Below are positions 12,801-27,714 of a DNA stretch of 64,000 nt, piece after piece. Within the stretch, counting starts at the first letter, position 1. Each line of letters opens with the position of its first letter. The stretch lies in assembly GCA_951406725.2 (NCBI GenBank), contig OX597823.1, forward strand, positions 23,684,001 through 23,748,000. The letters are read 5' to 3'. The position numbers and the translations under genes were made by a program. The DNA is from Octopus vulgaris. Taxonomy: Eukaryota. The notes under the pieces are model-generated. The model did no database searches and had not been told where the DNA came from. It was given only the letters and a program-made list of their open reading frames with translations.

Positions 12801-15800
12801 TTAACACTATTGTTGAAATCCAGAGTGAATTGCAGAAAGTTCTTGACTAGCTTACAGAAAATTTCTTGCAGGCCAGAGTCCATAAGTGGTAGAAATGCAA
12901 GATGACTATTTCGAAGGAGATGATTTCAAATGTTGCATAATCACTCAAGTCAGGTCTTGCAGTTACTAGCCATATTTAGTTATCTTCTTTTATATTCTGA
13001 ATTCAAAGCTCATCTGATTATTTTTACCTTCCATTATTGGGAGATTGACAAAACTAGCACTAGTCAAGTACTGAATTCATTTATTCATATGCATTCTCAA
13101 TGCAAAATGCGTGGCTTTGTGTTTGTATTAGAAACCATTATTGTAAATATTGTTAATATCAACAATAATTATATTTCTTGTTAAGGGTGCTGTATTCACA
13201 GAATCATTAGATCCTCAGACAAAATGTATGGTGGTATTTGTTATGGCACTTCAGCTTTTGATTTCAAATCCTACTAATGTTAATTTTGCTCTTGCAGGGC
13301 CAGTAAATTAAAATAACAGTTAAGTGTAGAGGCATATTTGATTAACTTCTACCTAAAATTTTTGCCCTTTCTATATTAGAAATTATTATGATTGTTATTG
13401 TTTTTGTCTTTTACATTCATCTAAATCTTACTTCAATTTCAGTCACTGTGATGCATTTTGTGAAAGTCACAGATGCAATTCTGGATGTAGCCGGGAAATC
13501 ATTGGTCGAGGAAAATGTAACCACAGATGCCTGTGCTGAAAAATGTTTGTCTGATCCAAATTGTTTAGCATTTGAAATAACTAAAAGAGGTGGAAAATGT
13601 TACTTAACAAATAAAACTGCAGCCTCCACCAAGAAAGTGAAGTCAGACAAAAGCAGAGATTATTACCAACGAATAGAACGTAATTATTCTTTGTATTTTA
13701 TCATTGGACTTCTTTTTCCTCTTTTTCTAAAATTTGTAATTCCATTTGTACTTTATAGTGTATAGACAACCATTTCTGTAAAGACATTGACAGGTTTACC
13801 TATGAAGGCAGGCATAGGCATGTTCCTGAGAAAGAAAAAGAAATATTAGTAACTGTAAATACTGTGAGGGCAATCTCATACAGACTTTGTTCACCTTGAA
13901 CAATTTTATGCATGTCTACAATCCATTGTTTTATATCAGAAATTAAATTCTTGTTGTTTGCCTTAAACCTGAATAATTGCATCAGCTGTAGTGGCGGTAG
14001 TAGTAGTAGTTTCAAATTTTGGCCAAATGACAGCAGATTGAGTCAGTGTTAATTGATACAATCAAACCTAATTCTTGTCTGGTATTATATTGTATCAACC
14101 CTGAAGCAATGAATGGCAGTGTTTGAGCTTAGAATGTAATGAACTGGAAGGAATACCACAATGTGACATGGATCTACACATTATCATACCACTAGTTGTT
14201 GTTCATCTGATATACAAAATATCAGGAAAAGAGATGCCAGTTGATGAAGTTGCATATCTCCTATAAATTAGCATTGTTACTAGGGCTGGGTATCCTTTCT
14301 ATCACTAACCATTATACCACATATAAAGAGTACATTTTATCATGCTTTTGGAGTTAGAAAAGTTCTCTGCAGTAACTGAAGAAATCACTCAGCATAAAAT
14401 AAGTTCCTATTCAGAATAGTTCTATGATTTAAAAACAAAATGTTTAACAATTTCACCCATTTTGATTAGGAGGATTTTTTTTACCTTTCCTATCAAAATC
14501 CTTCCTTCTCAAAACCCTGGATATTGGGAAATTTGCTAGGTGTAGTGATTTCTCAGTATATATATGAGGAACTATAATTCGTCTAAAGTCACAGACTCCT
14601 CTGCGGTATTCTGGATACTTTCAACAAATTTAAGTACATTTACAGCTCAGGTTTATACAGAGACAGTTATCTAACAATTTCATCTCATGTAAATAGCCAT
14701 ATCAAAAACAGATTAAGGTAAAAATTTTATTTTTAAAAAATGATTGTTACCTTGTTACCAACAGTTGTTAGAACGATTGTTAACTACATTTGACTAAGTG
14801 GACATTATTTTAGATTTGAAGTACATTTTAGATACTGTGATTTGAAGGTATGTAAATAAAATTGATTTTACCTCAACTTGTAATCGGGTATTGCTGGCAG
14901 ATAGATCAGTTCCTTACCCGTGTTGTCACAATCTCTGTATCTCTATGATTGATGTCTCTCACTGCTAGCATCCCAAGGAAAAACAAACCACAGGGAAAAA
15001 CTTTTCTTCTCACTTGCCGATGTGACATCATCTGTTGTTGCTTCAGGTCTTCCTTCCACCATACACCCCACTGATCCAAAGATCACTGCTCTCCTGTTTT
15101 GTCTCGTAATTGTCCATCCACCTGGTGTGGGGAAAGGTGGGGTGGGCGATGCTCCCTTAGAGATCTCCGTAGGGTCTCAGGGCTGCCTTCCCCCTCCTCT
15201 TCATCATTGTAAGAGCTAATCACCCTTCAGATATCCAGGACGTGACACAGCATTCCATCCACTGATACATTATTCAGAGTACTGATCCCTGTCACCTTTC
15301 CTTTTTCCACTACGTTGTGCACTGAGAATTTGGGGTTTCAACCACCTGCACAAATGTAATCCCTTCCACCTCTTGCTGCTGCAGCACAACGCACGGGTGT
15401 CTCCATTTCTACCAGAATATGGCCCTGTGCGGGACCGACACTTTGGCTTTCTCTACCCAAGGTAACATATTATATTAGAAGCCTGCCTCCATTGGGGAGG
15501 TTCATCCCCTCTCAGCCATGGCTTTAATCATACGCTGGTGCCGTCCCACAATCCCATTTCCATTTGGTCTGAATGCAGCTTTGAAGAAGTGTCTTGGCAC
15601 CTGTTGCAGATCCCCACTATCCTCTGAAAGCTCTCCCTTGTGACATCAGGGTTGACCATCCTAGCCAAAAACAATATCTTGTTGACCTCCATATGGTGCC
15701 TGTTGTGCAGTCTCCTTAGTTCTGTGCCCTCCAGCCAACAAACTGCTACCACCCCATCCAGAACATCCTCTACTGTTTCCAACCAATACTGTTTCACTCT

Positions 15801-18800
15801 GGTTAGAACACCTGCCTTATTCTTTTCCAAGGGCACAAGCACTGCATACAGCTCTGGAGTGAACTTGGCAGCTAGCTCCCTCAGGATACCCAGACAATGC
15901 TTGATCACCATTTCCATGGCCCCTTTCATATGAATCCTCTTCCAGTTAGTGATCACTGACTTCATCCACCCTAGCACAGTGGCAGAATCGGTCCAGATCT
16001 TGACTATTTGCAGGCCCCATCTCAATACTATGTTGATGCCCTTCAATACAGCATCCAGTTCAGCCACTCTGATGTGGTTGCAGTCGTCCTTCTTCCTAAG
16101 CCATGCTGCGTCTTCCACCTCGACACCTCCTGTTTCCAGCATGACTCCCAATGCTATGCTGCTTGCGTTGCACCATATGATCCCTTTCTTTATATCAGGC
16201 ACATATTAGCCACTCCTCACTGGATCCTCTGCTCACACTCTCTCCAAGACCTCTCATCATTACCATCATCTTCTCTCCTACTTTATCGCCTTAGTTCACT
16301 CTTTCTGTTCACCTTTTGAGACAGCTACATGCTGTTTGGAGCCATCCTGCAACCGGGTAATGGCCCACCAACTTCCCACATATTGACAACAGCTCTTGCC
16401 TATTCATATTCTGATTCAAGTCTGGGATCTCATTTCCTCTGTGAAGCACATACTCTTTCAAGCCTGTGCCTCAGTACCTCACTTGTCACAAAGCGATACT
16501 CAAGATGTAGTGGCAACAGTGATGATGGATACAAGTGGGACAAAGAAACAGGCATGAAACAACAACAGCAAGAACCTGGTGAGGTGAATGACCAAGGGAC
16601 CAGCACCGTACCTCCTTCTATACCCTCTGGTAGTTTTGCTGTCAGCCCAAACCTCCTAAGATGGCCGATTATTTCCTCTGCTAATACCACATTCTCACCC
16701 ACTAAAATATCGTCAATACATGAACTAGTAGCCTGTTCCACTTGGCCTCTTTGCCCAAAACCGTCTCGAGGACCTTTGCCATGATCTTTAGCACCGAACT
16801 CAATCCAAAACCTAGTCTTGTTTGGCAATATGTTTTTCCCTGCGTTTTGGTTTTCCTTGGGATGCTAGCAGTGACAGACACCTGTTGTGGAAATAGAGAG
16901 GTCATGACAATACAGGTGAAAAACCAATCAATCTGCCCAGCAGTATCCATTCCGAGTCAAGGGAAGAACAATTTTATTTACATGCCTTTGTAGCAAGTCT
17001 TAATAAACCTTTACCAGCAGTAATATGATGTCATGGTCATGTTGGCCGAATAGGTATAATTATTAGTTTCCCATTGGTTAAAATTACTGCCTATATTTGA
17101 ATTCTAACTTTCGTCAAAGAGAAATCTTCCTTCTCAATTGCTGATGTGATGTCATCTCTCGTTGCTTCCAGTTTTCCTTTCACCACAGATACTCCAAGGG
17201 AAAGCCTAACAAGCAGAACAGACACCTTCATAGGAATTTCAATTTCTATTCCCACACTATAATAAGAAACTTAGTAACTGGCATTACTAAAAACTCTCAG
17301 AGTTATGCTCAGATAGAGATAATTTTGACAGCAATTTCATGCTTCAAAACATTGCTTACTTTTTATTCGGCCTGATAGTTTTTTAGCATAAGATATCCTT
17401 CTTAAACTTCATGTAAATTCTGGTATATCATGAGACATACTTGGAACTTCACCTTCATGATTCAGTTGCAGATAATGCATTTGTATGTCCCTCTTCTGAC
17501 ACTGTTTTTGTTTATGATTTAATGGCCATAACACTTGACACATTATTTGACCTTATAAAAATACATCATTAGAAGTGGGGTTATATAAGTGTGTTATGTG
17601 CACCTTAAGTTTTGAAACACATTTACAAATAAATCTGAAGATGTGTTACAATTCACATGAATCCTTAGTTGTCATTATGGATGTTATATGATATTCAGTG
17701 TGTGAGTTTAAGAATGTGTTTCTTGTCTTTTTTCTTTTATATTTCTCCAGCAAAAGATGAGATTCTTAAATTTAAAAGCGCTATGATACCAGGAGAGGAT
17801 ACTTTTGAACGAGTGACTAATGTGAGCTTAAAGGAGTGTGCTCAAGCTTGTCATCAAAATCCAAAATGTAATTCTTATGAGTACCAAGAAAAATCTAAGT
17901 TCTGTGATCAAAGTAATGTGACTCACTTGTCTCATGACCTTCAACCCAGCAAATGGGGTTGGGATGTATACATCGTTAACCCAGGTCAGTGGTGTTTGCA
18001 TTTCATTTTTTTATGTGTGCTTGCATGTTAGTGTGTTTGTATGTATTGTCATATATGTAATGTGTGTGTGTGTATACCGAATGTGTACCGTTGGCGACTT
18101 TTTTACTCCGTCTTCCCTTCTTTGGATCTTTCCTTTTCCTATGTTTCTGATGAAGAGTTCCGCTCGAAACATTAAACCCTCCTTCTTTCCTTCTTTCCTG
18201 AGCGTCCAATAACACTATACTTGTTCCACATCCTTGCATTGTTGTTTTCTCTTTGTATTTTCATGGATTAACTATATATATATATATATCATCATCATCA
18301 TCATCATCATTTAGCGTCCGTTCTCCATGCTAGCATGGGTTGGACGGTTCAACTGGGGTCTGTGAAGCTGGAAGGCTTCATCAGGCCCAGTCAGATCTGG
18401 CAGTGTTTCTACGGCTGGATGCCCTTCCTAACGCCAACCACTCCGTGAGTGTAGTGGGTGCTTTTTACGTGCCACCCGCACAGGTGCCAGACAGAGCTGG
18501 CAAACGGCCACGAACGGATGGTGCTTTTACGTGTCACCGGCACGGGGGCCAGGCGAGGCTGGCAACGGACACGAACGGATGGTGCTTTTACATGCCACCG
18601 ACACGGGGGCCAGACAGGGCTGGCAAACGGCCACGAACGGATGGTGCTTTTACGTGTCACCGGCACGGGGGCCAGGTGAGGCTGGCAACGGACACGAACG
18701 GATGGTGCTTTTACATGTCACCGACATGGGGGCCAGACAGGGCTGGCAAACGGCCAGGCTGGCATACATATATTCATCCTGATAAATATAATATATATAT

Positions 18801-21800
18801 GTATATATATCTATCATCATCATCATTATTGTCATTTAACGTCTGCTTTCCATGCTGGCATGGGTTGGACGGTTTGACTGAGGACTGGTGAACCAGAAGG
18901 CTGCACTGGGCTCAGTCTGATCTGGCAAAGTTTCTACAGCTTGATGCCCTTCCTAACTCCATCCACTATGAGAGTGTAGTGGGTGCTTTTTACGTGCCAC
19001 CGGCATGAGGGCCAGTCAGGCGGTTCTGGCAATGACCATGCTCAAAAGGTGCTTTTTGTACATGCTACCTGCACAGGAACCAGTCCGGCAGTACTGGCAA
19101 TGACCACCTTCAAATATTGTTTTTCACATGCCACCAGCACATGTGCTGGTAAAGCGACGCTGGCAATGATCATTCTTGAATAGTGCTTTTTACATGCCAC
19201 TAGCTTGGGAGCCAATCTGTGGCCCTGGCAACGATCATGCTTGGATGTGCTTTTAATGTTCCACTAGCATGAGTGCCAATCAGGTGGTACTGTTATCGGC
19301 CATGTCAGCGATTTTGATTTGGTTTCACTTGCCTTAATGGGTCTTCTCAAGCAAAGTTTATTGTCCAATGAATGAGGAGTACTCATAAGTGGGCTGGTTA
19401 CACCCCATGCTTGGATGTGCTTTTAACATTCCACTGGCATGAGTGCCAATTAGGCGGTACTGTCATTAGTCATGTCAGTGATTTTGATTTTGATGTATGT
19501 ATATATGTATGTATATCTACATATCTCTATCTGTCTGTCTATATTGCTTATCTGGGTCCAGCATTTAAAAGATTGACATGAAGTAAAGCTTCTCTTGGAC
19601 TTGTGACTGCTACATCACATCACATTTCAAAGACTATGCACTTGCAATCTAAGAACAAGAGATTTCTATTGAATGCCTAACCAACAAAAGGGAGAGTGAA
19701 GCACTTGGACTTCCAAGTTGCAGCCAGAAATGTAGATTATGTCCTATTTCTGTGGAAGACACCACATGTGTGATTAGCAGCTGTCCAAAAATCTCATCAA
19801 GGTATGACCTCGCTATACGAAATGATGTCGCCAAAACAATATATGTAAAATGATATTCAGAAAAAAAAATGTCCTGGAATAAATATAGAGAATCCCCATG
19901 TTATTGAATATGTACACATATATCATCACAAGGAATACTGGTGGAGTATTTCCATCAAAACATCTGTCGAGTGTAAACATAACACGCCAGATATTGTTGT
20001 TTGAGACAGACAAGGAAAGTATGTACCATCACAGAGGTTGGCTGTCCTGCTGATGTGAATAATGCTTTGACAATCAGAGAAAGAAGATAATTATGGGCAA
20101 CTGTTTCAAAACCTCAAACTTCTATATCCAGATTACAAATTTAGGTTTATACCAATAATAATAGGATAACTTTTGTAAGTAAAAGACTGTCAGTCTGGAA
20201 AGCTTGGATTTTCAGAAAAAGAAATCAACCAACTTTCACATTACAAATACAATCTGTTAGTTGAACAGTAAAACTTTGCAAGACTTTGTATGTATATACG
20301 TACATACATATGTTTGTATGTACATACTTATCTGCCTATCTAGCTACCTACCAACATTACCACCTACCTATGTACATGCATCCATACATACCTACGTACA
20401 CACACTTACACAAACACACACACACACACACATGCACATATTGTTATGTATGTTTTTATATTCTAGAGCAGATTTCTCAATTTGATTCATTCATGATATT
20501 TTATTTATTGTAATGTTATTTTCTCCTTATTCTGACCTACCTCTAAACATACAAGCACAATTAGTGTCAATTTTTCTTTTCAATATCAGGTTTTTCACAA
20601 ATTGACTGTGGACCTCCTAAAGAAGTTGATGGTTCAGTGAAGTCCTTTAATTCCACCTTGTATAAATCTGAAGTCACCTATACTTGCCCAAAAGGAGAAA
20701 AACTGAAGTCAATGTGTGAAAAGAACAATGAGTGGACTCCAGTAGTATCTTCTTGTAAAGGTAACATAAAATGCTTGTTGTCTCTGTGTATGTTGCTTCT
20801 GTCCCTTATTTCATCTGTCTACATAAATTTGTTTTACACCAGTCTTTGATGTGAAGTAAATTCTTAACTACACAGCAAAAAACTCCATGCAAAACCACAT
20901 TGTTGCTTATTAAACTTGTTATCTCCAGAGCTATGCCTCATCTCATCTTGGTCGTTTTCCTCTTAATTTCTAACTTGAACTTTTGCACCCATATTTTTGT
21001 ATCACCCAAAACCCTGCACAATACCCTCTTCCCAACTTTACCAAAACTTGGTTATCCTCTGGAAAAATAAAAAAATAAAAAGATGATGATGATGATTCTG
21101 CAATACTCAATGTAGCAGGACTTCTATCTAGGACAAATTGAAGAAACCCACCACAAAAACATCACCCTGAATTCCATGGATAAGTGTGCTCTCCAGTTAT
21201 TGTTCAATTTACTTCTTTATGCCCTGTGATTTTCATTCATGCAGGCCCTTTTTGCTACTTTTACCTTACTTTCAATACTACCCTCGAGGACAGTGTCTTC
21301 CTTTCCATTCTCACTTTCTTTGCTAGGGAAACTTCAAAAATACAAATGTGGGATTAATCAAACAAGAAAGTCACTGTCATCTGATCTATCAATCTTATCC
21401 ATCTTGACTAAAAATTCTACATGACAGTACCCCTGCATGGCTGAAGTTCAATAACTGAAGCAAGTAAAAGATAGAAGATAAGAAACTATGTTGACCATCC
21501 ACAATGGGGTATTCACAATAGCTGGTCCATGATAAAATTTGAACTTAGTATTGGAGTCTAACAGATTTAAATGCTGTTATTATCTGGTTCAGGTCATAGA
21601 AAAGATGGTGGACAACACTTGGTTCAATGTTAATGTATTTATTACAATAATAAACACTTACATTGACACACAAATGCTCAGGTTGGGCATGAACTATGTT
21701 CATGTCACAGGTCTAGAAAGGAGGGTGGCCAAGAGTTCCATGACATAGCTTTATTTTTTCTGTCATAACTAGTTTATTGAAAGATAAAAACACTATTTTT

Positions 21801-24800
21801 TAATGTATTATATATTTATTGTTTAAGCACATCATCAGGCATAAAAAAAAATCAATGAAATTGTGCAATAATCATGTCTTTCTCAAGAGCACCAACTCTC
21901 AATCTAAAGTGAACTGAATTAGGCTGAAAATCAAACTCAGTTAATGGATTCACATCTTTCTCCATTTGCACTAAACAAATAACAAGGGGAAAATACATAG
22001 GTGAACTTAATGCATACAAAATATATTAAAAAATTGGCTATTTACTGAATGACAATATTATATTTGATTAGAATTTCTCAGCGAAATCCTTATGTTAATA
22101 ACTTATTCTGCTCATGAGATTCAGAAGTGACAAAATTATAAAAACAATCACTTTTTCTTCAGCTCACTAAAAGTATAAAATTCATTAGTTAAAATTTCTT
22201 AGCTTGCTACATTAAGTTTTGTGTGTGTATATTCACTACATATTTATGTTTCTTCACTAGACGATGAAAATTAAATTATTTTAGTTTTATAAGTCAAAAC
22301 ATTGTAAAATCACTTAAGTCAGGGGTCATAGTCCTTTTCATGACTAAGTATAGTTAGTGTCATCCATTTACATACTGGCTTGAAATCACAACAGAATTTA
22401 TTTCACCTTTCATACTTCTGATGTGCATGGAACAAGCATTAGTTATGTACTGAGATTGGTATATTTTCATGTATCTTCACTGCAGAATGTGTCATCTTGT
22501 GTTTAAGAAACTATTATTAACAATAATTATCGGTATTCTTGTTGTGAAGGGTGATGGATTGCAAGACTCATTTGAGCATCAGACAAAATGTGTTGTGGCA
22601 TGTGTTCTGGCTATTTTACTTTTGAGCTTAAATCCTTCTGATGCAAACTTTGCTCTGTCTTCAGCCAATAAAATGCAGTGCCTGTCTTGTGTAGAAGCCA
22701 ATTTAATTGATTTATTCCTACCACTAAGTTTGGCCTAGTTTCTATATCACAGTTTATTATTCTTGTAATATTTCATTGCTTTAAATTTTATTTTAACTCT
22801 AGATGCTCAGATCCATTTTGTGAAAATAAAAGATGCAGCTCTGGATGAAACAGGGAAAACATTATGGAGTAAGAAAAAAGTAACACCAGATGCATGTGCA
22901 GAAAAATGTTTTTCTGACAAAAATTGTTTATCATTTGAAATAACTAAAGGAAGTGGACTGTGTTACTTATCAAAGCAAACTGCAGCTTCCTCCAAGAAAA
23001 TAAAAACAGACAAAAGCAGAGATTACTACCAACGAGTAAAATGTAAATATGTTTTGCATTTTATTATTGGATATTCTTTTCCTCACTTTCTGATTCCATT
23101 TGTACTTCATAGTATATAGTATATAGACAACAATTTCTGTACAGACATTGACAGGTTTATCTATAAGGACAGAAATAAGTAGTATTAAGAACTGTTAATA
23201 CTGTCAGGGCATTCTAAAACAATTTTTGTACACTTTGAACATTTAAATGCATGATTTTGATTAATTTTCTTTATACAGAAAAGCATCTTTTGTTTACTAA
23301 AACCTAGACAGTAGTAATGGCAGTAGCAGTAGTAGTGGTACTGGTAGTGTAGTGGGAGTGTCATAATAGCAGTAGTAGTAATATTATCTACTGCTTTCTC
23401 TTTATTTCTGTATGTAGATGTGGTTTAGTGCTACTATTGGATAGTACCTCAAGACTTGTAGCTGTCGTACATAATCTGATATACACAAATTACAGAAAAA
23501 GTAATGCCAAATAATGTGGTTGAGTATCTCCTATATTTTGGCATGGTTATTATGGCAGAATTCTCTTCCTGTCATTAACTATTATGTCACATTTAGAGAG
23601 TACATTTTCCCATGTTACTAAAATTGTTTGATATGAATGAAGAATTCTCTTGATGTAAAACAAGTTCCTATTTAGAATAGTTCCATTTTATGAGAACAAA
23701 ATAGCCAAGAATTTCACGTAGCTTATTTCAAAGATGTTCTTTATTCCTGAAATATTTCCTTATTCAAACTCAGAACATCAGGGGAAATTCACTAGGTTTA
23801 GAGTAAACCCAAAATTAGAAGACTCAGGAATACTAGGATGTCAATACAGTAATGATGAATTTTTCTCAGTTCAAAAGAAGGCAAGCCATTTCCATACGTA
23901 TATCTATGAGGACCTTCAACTGGGCTGAAGTTGCAGACTTCATTGCAGTCTTTGTACTAGTCACCCACAAGAACTTTAATCTGAGCATGTTTATACAGAG
24001 ACAATTGCCCTGAAATTTCAAGTAATATGAATGGCCATGCCATGAATATATATAAAAGAACTTAAAAGGAATCTCTAAGATGTTTGATTTAAACTAACAT
24101 TTTAACCATATTCAACTAAATGAACATTACTTTAGTCTTGAAGCCAGGAATAAGATAAATAATACTCCTACAGAAAGCCTAACAAGGAGAACAACTTCCA
24201 GATTGTATTATGAAACATAGGAGCTGGCTTTGCTAAAAGAATCTGCAATTTATCTTCATATAGAAAATAGAGACACTTTTGACAATATTTTGTGTATTAC
24301 AACAAGGTGTTAGCTAGGATTGTGTTTATATAGAAGTTAGCATAAACAGATTATGCTCCACCTCCAAATCCAAAGAAAATTAAGAAAATAAAATAAGTCA
24401 ATCCTCTCTCCAGACTAAATGTTTCTATAAGTACTGCTAGAAAGTTTTTATCCTGCATTAGACACTGTTTCTCAGGTGCACATAAGCATGATAAACTGAG
24501 GAATGTGCATAGTATTATGGTTTGTTACTCCTGACTAGATAACATGATATTCAGCATTCTGTTACAGTAGAAAAAGCATATCCCAGATATCTAACTACAG
24601 CTGCTAAACTCAGTCCATCTGCCTGCTGTGAGAATTCTGCCTTCCTACAATAGTGGTTTTTAGAGCTAACTTTACTTGACCTGATGGTTTCCTAATGAAT
24701 TACATGAGAACCTCAACCAATGAATTCAAGGAAAATATACTCCTTCAAGTTCATGTACAGGAAGAATTCACCACACTCTCCTGTTTTACTTGGAGACTTT

Positions 24801-24881
24801 AAGAACAGGAAAATGATCCTTGCAGCATAATCTCAAGTATACTCACCAAATTGACTCACTTATCAGAAGACAATCTTCACA

Positions 24882-24960
<79 letters not shown>

Positions 24961-27668
24961 ACACATTTATGGATGTTTTTGTATAGAGGAAACAGTGTGG
25001 ACTGATGTTGTTTGTTTCTTCTGTGTCAAAATTTCAAGTGTTCAAATGCACTTGCAAAAGAATCCTGCATATGGAATATCTGTTTAATCTCAGCAAGTTC
25101 ATGTTGACATTCAGATAGTGGTAGTAGTTGGTGACATAGTTAGAAATAGGCACTAATTACATAAATATACATACCAGGTTGAGTTGAATGTATTTTTGGA
25201 TTTTTACTTTACGTTTTTAGCAACTTGAATCTACGTGTTATATTATTCTATATTTTTGAGACAATGAATTATGTACCTTGTTTACAATGGACAGATGGGT
25301 GTTCTCATCTTGTTTGTTATTACGTTTTGGCTGATGTACTCTCCAACCTTCATCAGGTGTTCTGGTGGAATTTCGAATCCAATCCTTTATTTGACTAATA
25401 GGATACATTGTTCCGATTCCTAAGGTATGTTGCTGATGTTATTTTTCTGTCGATATTATTTTTCGAGTCCCTGCCTGTGATTGAACTTAGAATCTGAGGA
25501 ATTTCAATGAATGTGGGGCACAAAATTGGTTCAGAGGATTCAAAGAAGGTGACACCAGTCTTGGAAATGAACCAGAGTCAGTGAGACCTTATGTGTGGAA
25601 GATGAAGACTTACTTGATGTGGGTTAACAGCCTAGCACAATCACTTGTACATTGCTGGCAGAAACTAGTCCTTCACTAACCATCATCAATCAACACCTCC
25701 ATAAGCTCACCTCTGTGAATAGATGCTGTTAAGAAGATCCTCATGAACTGAACAATTACCAGGCTCAACAACGTGTGAACATTTACAAACAACTGATGGC
25801 AAATCCACAAGATCACCATTTTTTTGCATCAAATTGTAACTAGGAATAAAAATAGTTCTATTTCCATAATCCTAAGAGAAATCAGTGGCTTCATTTTGGC
25901 CAGGCTTTAGAACCTGTTGTCAAACAAGTTTGAACAGAAGGTTGTGTTGTGTGTTTGGTTGAATTTTGAGGGAATGTTACATTTTGAGCTTGTCCCAGAT
26001 GGTCGTGCTGTGAATGCTAACCTTTATGATCAGTAACTACAGTGAGTACATGATGCTTTGAAAGCCTACTACAGTTGACAATGCACACACCCACAGCACA
26101 ACAGTACTCCAGAACATACTGCCATGGTGAACAAGTGCAAACTTGAGAAACTTGTGGTGTTGAAAGTGTTGCCCCACACTGACTACAGTCCAGACCTTGC
26201 ACTGTCAGATTACCATCTTTTCTGAGTCATAGCTTATTTCTTGTATGGACAGAGAATCAATAGTATGGATGAAGGAAAACAAGTGTAAGAAATTTTTTGC
26301 CTCTACGTGAGCCAGGTGGTATAAGTATGGAATTAAGCTTCTGACACAATGATGGCAACAGACAATAGAATATGATGAGATATATTTTGATAAATAAACA
26401 CTTTTTGTGTGTAATTTATTTGAACTAATATTTAAAGCTTAAAATACATAAAAAGTTTTGACCCAGCCTGGTATACACATGTACATATGTACACATGCAC
26501 GCACACAGACAGACAGACACATGCAGACACACAATGGGCCTCTTTCAATTTTCATCTATAAATCCACTCATAAGGCTTTTGTAGGCCCAAAGCTATTGTA
26601 GAAGGCACTTCTCAAACTGTCATGCAGAACAAAACCTAGAACCATGGGGTTAAGAAGTAAACTTCTTACCCCACAGCCACACCTATACTTGTTTGTAACA
26701 CATTTCTCATTTGCAAAATTATCCTCCAGATGCTTTACAATATTTAATACATACTAGTATGTGTTAAGGTGGATGGGTGAGTATAAAATGTATTTTTTGT
26801 TTTCTTTTTTTCAGCTGATAAGCCTCTTCAAATTAAAAAAGTTAGCATACCAGAGAAGGATAATATTGGAAGTCTTATGAATGTGAACTTAAAGACATGT
26901 AATGAAGCTTGCCTTCAGTATCCAGAATGTAATTCTTATGGGTACAATGAGAAAGAAAAACTGTGTTACCTGAGCAATGTGACTCAGTTGACTGCTGAAC
27001 TTAAACCAAACAATGGAGGTTGGGATGTATACATTATTAAACCAGGTCAGTAGTGTGTTTCCATTTAATTTGTATATCTGTCAATGTGTACTTGCACATA
27101 TGTATATGTGTGTGTGTATATATGTTTGTGTGTGTGTGTGTGCATACAGCAGTAGAGGGAACCTGTGGGAGATGTAGACCCAGACCCAGGAAGATCTGGG
27201 ATGAGGTGGTGAAGCATGACCATTGAATGTTGGACCTCATGGAGGCGATGACAAGTGACCGAGACCTTTGGAGATATGCTGTGCTTGAGAAGACCTGGCA
27301 AGCCAAATGAGGCCTTAACTGTGGTCTATGCCAGTGCAGCATAACTGGACCATTTAAGAGTACCCTTCAATCATTGGGCAATAAACTGTGCTTGTGGAGA
27401 CCTGTTGAGGCAAGTGAAGTCATTGTCATGGCCAATGCCCATACTGCTTGACTGGTGACCGTGCCAGTGGCATATAAAAAGCACCATTCGGTGACATGTA
27501 AAAAGCACACACTACACGCTCGGAATGGTTGGCATTATGAAGGGCATCCAGCTGTAGAAATCTTGCCAGATCAGATTGGATTCTGGTATAACCTTCTGGC
27601 TTGCCAGTCCTCAGTCAAACCATCCATACCATGCCAAAATGGAAAGCAGATCTTAAACGATGATGATG

Positions 27669-27714
<46 letters not shown>

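Noticed and set aside
13388-13442. Hydrophobic ORF starts before exons that look like signal peptides (also 2901, 17669 and 48503), implying separate small genes
   Set aside because: They are translated polypyrimidine tracts. Most start at non-ATG codons, and all lie upstream of a conserved phase-1 AG where homology begins.
18490-18760. Regular ~61-62-bp repeats resembling a CRISPR array or repeat protein
   Set aside because: There are no unique spacers and no cas genes. The repeats are internal to a multi-copy eukaryotic SINE.
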